Source: Hausera hauseri (Eukaryota). Taken from it: DNA of 35,874 bases. The DNA is taken from positions 1 through 35,874 of the forward strand of contig JBJURY010555449.1 in assembly GCA_046269625.1 (NCBI GenBank), read 5' to 3'. Positions 26,601 to 35,600 of the stretch are shown in pieces. Numbering within the stretch: position 1 is the stretch's first letter; each line of letters opens with the position of its first letter. The notes beneath the pieces were generated by a model that searched no databases, was not told where the DNA came from, and worked only from the letters and a program-made list of their open reading frames with translations. Made by a program: the position numbers and the translations under genes.

Positions 26601-29600
26601 CAGGTGCATGATCTGGTGGCAGCAATCAAGTTCAAATCATCCAGCACCGTGCAAAGCGACCGCACAATCGCTTTCAGTTATCAGGATGGGGTGGGCAATA
26701 TTGGTACTGCCGGTACGGTAACGCTCCAGATGAAAACCGTGACCCCAACGGTGACCAATGTGGCTATTGCCGGGTTTGATGCGGCAGGTAATGCAAAGAG
26801 TACGACTCTGGCGCTTGGCGACAAGGTCAAGGTGACACTGACCACCAGCACTAATGTGGTGGTGACCGGTACGCCGACCTATGCGATAGATATGGATAGT
26901 GGTGCGGGCAAACTGGCCAAATATGTCAGTGGATCTGGCTCCAGCAGTCTGGTTTTTGAATACACGATTGCTGCCGGGGATAGCGAGTCGGCGGGGGGCA
27001 TCACCTCAACCAGCGGTGCACTGGCATTGGAAGGGGGCTCCATCAAGGATTCCACGAATGGTAACGAGATGTCGATGACCATGCCAGTCGTGACGGTTAG
27101 TACCAATTCGGTGGTGGTGGATACGGGAGCACCCACCATTACAGCGGTGGCGATCAGCGGTACGACCAGCACGGGCACAACCAAGACGGGTACACTGGTT
27201 GCCGGGGATAAAGTGAAAGTGACCTTGACTGCCAGTGAAAAGGTGAAGGTCAGTGGGGTGCCTACTTATGATATTGACTTGGACGGCACGACCAAACAGG
27301 CCAGCTATGTGAGCGGAGATGGTACGTCCAGCCTGGTATTTGAATATGTGGTGGGCAGCGGTGATGTAGATAATGCGGGTGGTATTACCGCCGCAACCAA
27401 TGCGTTGAAGATTCCTTCAAGTGGCTCGATCAAGGATCTGTCCGGGAACTCGTTGACGATGACGATGCCGTTGGTTGGTGCGAGTGCAAACAGTGTTGTG
27501 GTGGATGCCCAGGCACCTGTGGTTTCTTCTGTGGTTATCAGCGGTGTAGATGCCAGTGGTAATTCCAAAGGAGGAGTCTTGCTGGCGGGCGACAAAATCA
27601 GGGTTAGCGTGACCGCCAGTGAGACGGTCACGGTAACCGGCACGCCCACTTATGCGATTGATCTGGATAGCGGCACGGGCAAGTTGGCCAAGTATGTCAG
27701 CGGATCGGGCAGTAGTACCCTGGTTTTTGAATATGTCATTGTGACTGGCGATAACGAAAGCGTTGATGGTGTTGTGGCGGGTACTACTGCGCTGGCTCTG
27801 GCCGGCGGCACCCTGAAAGACGCTGCCGGTAACGACATGAACCTGGCGACTCCTGCTGTTCTTGCCAAGGCGAACACCATCACGGTGGATACGGTTCCGC
27901 CGACCATCAATACCGTGACCATTACGGGTGTGGACAGTACGGGTACAAGCAAAACCAGTTTGATGGCCGGAGACAAGGTGCGGGTGACCGTGACGGCCAG
28001 TGAAGTGGTAACAGTAACCGGTACGGCACCAACGTATGATATCAGTCTGAATGGCGTGACCAGGAAGGCGGTTTATGCGAAAGGGTCTGGCAGCCAGAAT
28101 TTGGTCTTTGAATATGAGGTGGTCTCTGGGGATACAGATAATTCCGGTGGCATTACCACTACCACCAGCTCCCTGACATTGCCCAGTGGTACCACCATCA
28201 AAGATCAGATGGGCAACCCCCTGTCTTCCATGACCATGCCGCTGGCCGCCACCAATACCATCGTGGTGGATACCACGTCGCCTACGGTCAGTGCCGTGGC
28301 AATCACGGGGGCGGATACTACGGGTGCGGCCAAAACCACCACGCTGATCGCTGGTGACAAAATACTGGTGACCGTTACATCCAGCGAAGCGGTAACGGTT
28401 ACCGGTTCACCCACTTATACGATCAGTGTGGGCAATAGCACACGCACGGCAACCTACAAAACTGGCAGTGGCACGACCTCTCTGGTTTTTGAGTACGCGG
28501 TAGCATCCGGAGATAACCTGTCTGCGGGCGGGGTTACGGCAACCAGCACGGCGTTGGCACTGGCAAGCGGAACCCTGAAAGATGCGGCAGGCAATCCCTT
28601 GGATCTGGCGGTGCCGGGCATTACCAGCAACACCAACAGTATCGTGATAGATGCTGTGCCTCCCGTCATCGACAAGGTCGCCATCAGTGGTCTGGATGCG
28701 AGCAACAATGCAAAATCAACCGGGTTGGTTGCAGGCGACAAGGTGCGAGTCACCCTGACCGCCAGCGAAACGGTCGTGGTGAGTGGCACACCCACTTATG
28801 ATATTAATCTGAACGGCACAACCAAGACGGCCAGCTATGTTAGCGGAACAAACACAAGCACATTAATTTTTGAGTATGTGGTGGCTTCTGGTGACCTGGA
28901 CAATGCTGGAGGTATTACGGCCAGCACGAGTGCCCTCAAGGCTTCTGGTAGCGCTTCGATCAAAGATGCTGTTGGTAATTCGCTGTCGATGACCATGCCG
29001 GCGGTTGGTGTCGATGCGAATACTGTGTCGGTGGATGCCGTTGCTCCGACGGTAACAGCAGTGGCCATTAGCGGTGTCGATTCCAGCGGAAAAGCCAAGA
29101 GTGGCACGCTGGTGATAGGCGACAAGGTCAGGGTCACCGTCAGCGTCAGCGAAAATGTGACGGTGACCGAAACGCCCACTTACGCGATTAATCTGGATAG
29201 CGGTTCAAGCAAGCTGGCCAAATATGTGGGGGGGTCCGGCAGCGGTAGTCTGACATTTGAATATGTCATCGTCAGTGGGGACAACGATAATACCGGGGGC
29301 ATCACCGCCAGCACCAGTGCACTGGCATTGGCAGGCGGTACAATCAAGGATGCAGCCGGTAATGCGCTGGGGTTGACGGTGCCGGCGGTGGGAACGCCGC
29401 CGAACACGGTGGTTGTTGATGGTGTTGCCCCCAAGATTACTAATGTGGCCATCACGGGGGCAGACAGTGCCGGTACAGCGAAAACTACGTTAATGGCCGG
29501 AGACAAGATCAAAGTAACCTTGACGGCCAGTGAGGATATTGTTGTCAGTGGTACGCCAACCTATACCATTGATATTGGGGGCATCAGTCAGACGGCATCT

Positions 29601-32600
29601 TATGCCAGTGGCAGTGGCACGAAAAAACTGGTATTTGAATATGTGGTAGCGCCAGGAGATGTGGATAATTCTGGAGGCATTACCTCGGCGAGCGATGCGT
29701 TGGGGCTGTTCTCGGGTGCCAGTATCAAGGACACGGTCGGGAACAATCTGGGGACGACCATGCCGTCTTCTGATACGAACACGCTGGTGGTAGATACTAC
29801 GGCACCGACAGTTTCCAGTGTAACGATCAGTGGGGTGGATGCGACGGGTACGGCCAAAAGCTCTCCGCTGGCTGCCGGGGATAAAGTGCGGGTGACGTTG
29901 ACCGGCAGCGAAGTGATGGTGGTGACCGGTACACCGACTTATGCGATCAACCTGGATAGCGGCTCGGGCAAACTGGCCAAGTATGTGAGTGGCTCTGGCA
30001 GTAGCAGCCTGGTTTTTGAATACGTGGTCGCGGCGGGTGATGCTGATAGCACCGACGGGGTGACGGCCAATAAAGGAGCGTTGGCTCTGGCTGGAGGCTC
30101 AGTGACCGATGTGGCCGGTAATGCACTGAATCTGACGGTGTCCGCCATTGCTGCCAAGGCGAATACGGTATCTGTGGATGCATTGGTGCCGAGCATTACC
30201 GCAGTAGCCATGAGTGCCGTGGATAGCAGCAATGTTGCCAAGACCGCTACTCTGGTAGCGGGTGACAAAATCCGGGTTGCCCTGACGGTTAGTGAGCTGG
30301 TGAACGTAAATACCAGCGGCGGTACGCCGACCTATGCTATTGATCTGAACGGCGAGACCAGAAAGGCCAGTTATGTGAGCGGCTCTGGCAGCACTGGGTT
30401 GATCTTTGAGTATGTGGTTGTGGCTGGTGACACTGATAATGCTGGCGGCATCACTTCAGGCACCAGTGCCTTGGCGCTGTCAGGTGGCACGATAAAAGAT
30501 GCCATGGGTAACAGCATTAGCACGACTACGCCTTCGATAAGTGCCAGCACCAACACGATAGTGGTGGATACCACCGCGCCTGTGGCTGACGCGGTGACGA
30601 TTAGCGGTGTGGACAGCACAGGCTCGAGCAAGAGTGGCACGCTGGTCGTGGGCGACAAGATACAGGTCACCCTGACGATGAGCGAGGCTGTTGCGGTTAC
30701 AGGGAAGCCAACCTACGCGATCAATGTGGGTGGAAAAATGAAAACCGCTACCTATACTGGAGGCGATGGTACCAACAAACTGACTTTTGAGTATACGGTT
30801 GCTACGGGAGATGCAGACAATTTCGGTGGGATCACGGCTGCCAAAGACGCCCTGTCGGGCACCATCAAGGATAAAGCCGGGAACACCATGACTTCCATGG
30901 AGGTGCCGCCGGTTGTTGCCAGTACCAATTCGTTGGTGGTGGATGCTTCGTCGCCCAATATTACCGGGGTCGTGATCAGTGGAACCAATAGTACCGGTGT
31001 GGCAAAATCCGGCACGTTGACGGCTGGGGACAAGGTGCGGGTTACCCTGACTTCTGATGAAGCGCTGACCGTGACCGGCACGCCGACTTATGCGATCAAT
31101 CTGGATAGCGGTTCGGGCAAGCTGGCGAAATATGTGAGCGGTTCCGGCACGGACACCCTGGTGTTTGAATATGTGGTGGCTGCCTCTGATACCGATAGCA
31201 GTGGCGGGGTGCTATCGGCATCCAATGCGCTGGCAATGCCGACAGGTGCCAGCATTAAAGATGCCGTGGGCAATGCGGTGAACATGGTGATGCCAACGGT
31301 TTCGTCCAATGCCAACAGTGTGGCGATCGACGCTGCCGCGCCAACAGTATCCAGTGTGGCGATTAGTGGGGTGGACAGCAGCGGTAATGCCAAGAGCACT
31401 CTGGTGGCGGGTGACAAGGTGCAGGTCAAAGTGGTCACCAGTAAGGCGGTCACGGTAACTGGCACACCCACTTATGCGATTGATCTGGATAACGGCACGG
31501 GTAAGCTGGCGAAATATGTGAGTGGCAGTGGTACCACGACTTCCCCGTTGTTGTTTGAATATGTGGTGGTGGCGGGTGACAAGGATACTGCAGGGGGTAT
31601 TGTGTCAGGCACCAGTGCGCTGGTGCTTCCTTCCGGCAGCAGTATTGTGGATGCGGCGGGTAATGCAATGGTGTTGGACACTCTTGCAGTGAGTGCCAAT
31701 ACCAATACCCTCAAGGTGGATACGACACCGCCCATTGTCTCTGCGGTGGCGATTACCGGGTGGAATAGTGCAGGCACGACGGAAAAGTCGCCCCTGATGG
31801 CTGGAGACAAGGTGAAAGTTGCCCTGGCAATTGACAAGTCGGTAACGGTAACGGGGACTGCGCTTACCTATGCCATAGACCTGGGTGGCTCAAGCAAGAA
31901 TGCAACCTATGATTCTGCGGCCAGTACATCTACCAGCCTGGTGTTTTATTACACGGTCGCCAGTGGGGATACGGACAGTTCCGGGGGCATTACCACAGGT
32001 TCAGACGCACTCGTCATAGCGTCCGGTAGCAGTGTTAAAGATTCCCTGGGTAATAACCTGAGTACAGCCTCAATACCATCTGCTGCCACCAACACCCTGG
32101 CGGTGGATACTACGGCACCAACCGTGTCCAGTGTGGTGATCAGCGGCACCGATAGTACGGGTGCGGCCAAAACCACCACCCTGGGAGCCGGCGACAAGAT
32201 CAAGGTGGTGATCACGACCAGTGAAGCGGTCACGGTAACCGGCACACCTGCCTATACCGTAGGGGTGGGCAGCAATAACCGTGATGCAACCTATGTGTCG
32301 GGCAGTCCTGGTACCAGCCTGACCTTCAGTTACACGGTAGTCTCCAGCGATCTGGATACTTCCGGCGGCATTACTGCGTCGGCAAATGCGCTGGCACAAG
32401 TGAGTTCCAGCACCATCAAGGATGCTGCTGGCAATGCTCTTGTGCTTACAACGTCGGCCATATCATCCAATACCAATACGGTTGCTGTGAATGGCGATAT
32501 GCTGACTGTGACCAGCGTGGGCATTACTTCAGCCACTGGTATACAGAACAGTTTGCTGAATGCAGGTGATGTGGTAGTGGTGAAAGTCGTGATGAGCAAG

Positions 32601-35600
32601 GCCACCACGGTAACGGGTACGCCGCAACTGGGTCTGGTCATTGGCACTACGTCGGTAACGGCCACCTATGACTCCGGCAGCGGCACGACAGACCTGCTGT
32701 TCAAATATACGATACTGGCTGGCCAGACCGATACCAACGGCATCAGCATTCCCGCCAATGCGATCAGTCTGAATGGCGGAACCTTGAAAGATTCCAATGG
32801 TGTGGATGCGGTGATAACGCATGCCGCGGTTACTGACAATGCCAGTTATATGGTGGATACCACGTCGCCCGTCATTTCTTCGGCGGTGATCAGTGGCATT
32901 ACCAGTGCCGGTGTCGCCAAAACGTTGCCGTTGCAGCAAAGCGACAAAATCAAGGTGGTGGTGACGCTCAGCGAGAACGTGACCGTCACGGGTTCTCCAA
33001 CTTATACGCTGGATGTTGGGGGGAGCAACAAATCTGCCACTTATGACAGTGCCGCCAGCACAGCCACCACTCTGGTGTTTTATTACACGGTAGCCAATGG
33101 TGACAATGCCACTTCGGGCAAGGTGACCTCTGCTACCACCCCGCTGGGTTTGAGCGGTGTGACCATTACCGATGCGGCGGGTAATAGTTTGGTAACCACC
33201 AATGCCGCAGCGGCCTCCAATACACTGATTGTAGATACGCTATCACCCGATGCGGTGGATTTGAGTGCCACCGGCGGCACGCAAGCTACCGCCAGTGTGA
33301 CGATCAACGCTGCGGAAGCTGCTGCCGGCAAGGCAGTGGCGGCCAATATACAGGCTCCCACCGCCACTTTGGACGATGTGGCCGCCATCAAGCTGGTCAT
33401 GGGTGGTGCCGCTCTTGATACCGCCAATGACAAGCTGGTGCTCGATGCAGACTTGAGCCTGGCCAGCAGCACCACGGGCAAGGTGCTGAACAAGACCATC
33501 AATGGGGTGACGGGTGTGGACTATCAGTATGACAGCACCATCAAAACCCTCACGCTGAGCAAAAACGGGGGAGGTGTTTTCACCAACGCCCAGGTGAAGG
33601 ATATTGCATCGGGTATTCTGTTCAAGACGACCAGCACCACGGTGGGTGAGCGTACCGTAACCATTAACTATACGGACCAGGCGAATAATAATGGTACTAC
33701 TGGCGTTGTTACGCTCACGGTCGATGCCGCTGTGCCTGATGCGGTGGATTTAAGCGCCACCAGCGGCACCCAGGCGACCGCAACAGTGACCGTCAATGCG
33801 ACTGAATCGGTTTCAGGCAAGGCGATTGCCCCCGGAATACAGACACCGACTGCCAAGGATATTACGACGATCACGCTACAGATGGGTGGGGCTGGTTTTG
33901 ACAGCGCCAATGACAAGCTGGTGCTCGATGCAGACTTGTCGCTGGCAAGCAGTACGGCGGGGAAAGTCACCAATAAAACCATAGGCAGTGCCAGCGGGGT
34001 TGACTATCAATATGATCTTGCCAGCAAAACAGTGGTTTTCACCAAGAACAATGGGGGGGTATTTGATTCGTCCGATGTGAGCAAGCTGATAGCGGCGATC
34101 AAGTTCAAGACTTCTGCGAGTGCTAACCAGAGCGATCGCAGCATGACGATCAGCTATGCCGATGCTGTTGGCAACACCAGCGCGAAGGGCGTGGTAACGC
34201 TCAAGGTGGATTCTCAAGCGCCCGATGCGGTGGATCTCGATTCAGCCGGGGGAACGCAGGCGACAGCGACGGTCAACATCAGTGCGGCGGATGTGGCTTC
34301 TGGCAAGGCGATTGCACCGAACATTCAGGAACCCAATGCCAGTGACATTACCACAGTAACGCTCTCTATCGGGGGGGCAGGATTTGATTCGGCCAATGAC
34401 AAGCTGGTGCTGGATGCTGATGTATCCTTGTCTGGCAATGTGGCGAAAGTGACCAATAAGACCATAGGGGGTGTTGGCGGGGTTGATTATGTCTACGATG
34501 CTGTCAGCAAGGTTCTGACGTTGACCAAAACGGATGGTTCGGCGTTCAGTAACACGCTGATCGATAACATGATAGCGGCGATCAAGTTCAAGACTGTCGC
34601 CACGGCGGCACAGGGCAATCGTACGGTAACGATCAACTATGCCGATGCCGCCAACAATGTGGGTACTGCGGGGGTGGTGACGCTGAAAGTGGATACGGTT
34701 GCGCCAGATGCAGTGGCTTTGAGCGCAGACAGTAATACACAGGCCACATCGACAGTCACGGTGAATGCCAGTGAGGCTACCGCAGGCAAGGCGATTGCGC
34801 CGACATTACAAAAACCAACAACCGCCTCTGACATTACGCAAATCAAGCTGGCATTGGCCGGTAACCTGGATACCAACAGCGACAAGCTGGTACTCGACAC
34901 CGATTTAAGCCTGGCCAGCAGCACCACGGGCAAGGTAACCAACAAGACGGTCAGCGGTGTTTCCGGCATAGATTATCAATATGACAGTGCCAGCAAGACT
35001 TTGATTCTGACCAAGAACAATGGCGATGCCTTCAGCGGCATGGAAGTTTCGGGACTGATGAACGGCATCAAGTTCAAAACGGCAGCCACGGGTGCCATGC
35101 AGGGAGATCGCACGGCAACCATCTCTTATGTGGACGGGTTTGGCAATGTCGGCACTAGCGGTAAGGTGACGGTGACGGTGAGCACCAATGCGCCCGATGC
35201 GGTTGACCTGAGTGCAGACACCGGTACGCAGGCCGCGTCGGTAGTGATGGTGAGCGCCACCGAGGCGAGTGCAGGCAAGGCCATTGCGCCGGGCATACAA
35301 CAACCCGTGAGCACCATCATCACTGGGGTGAAGCTGGCCCTGAGTGGAGTGGATGCCACTAACGATCGCCTGGTGCTGGATGGCAACCTGGGGCTGGGTT
35401 CCAGCGCACAGGCCAGCAACCGTACCATAGGCGGGGTGAGCGGGGTAGATTATGCGTACGACAGTACGAGCAAGGTGCTGATGCTCACCAAGAATGGCGG
35501 TGGCGCATTCCAGGTGGCGCAAGTGAATGCCATGGTGGCAGGCATATCGTTTAAAACTGCTTCCAGCGGTGCGACGCAGGGTGATCGTACAGTGACCATC

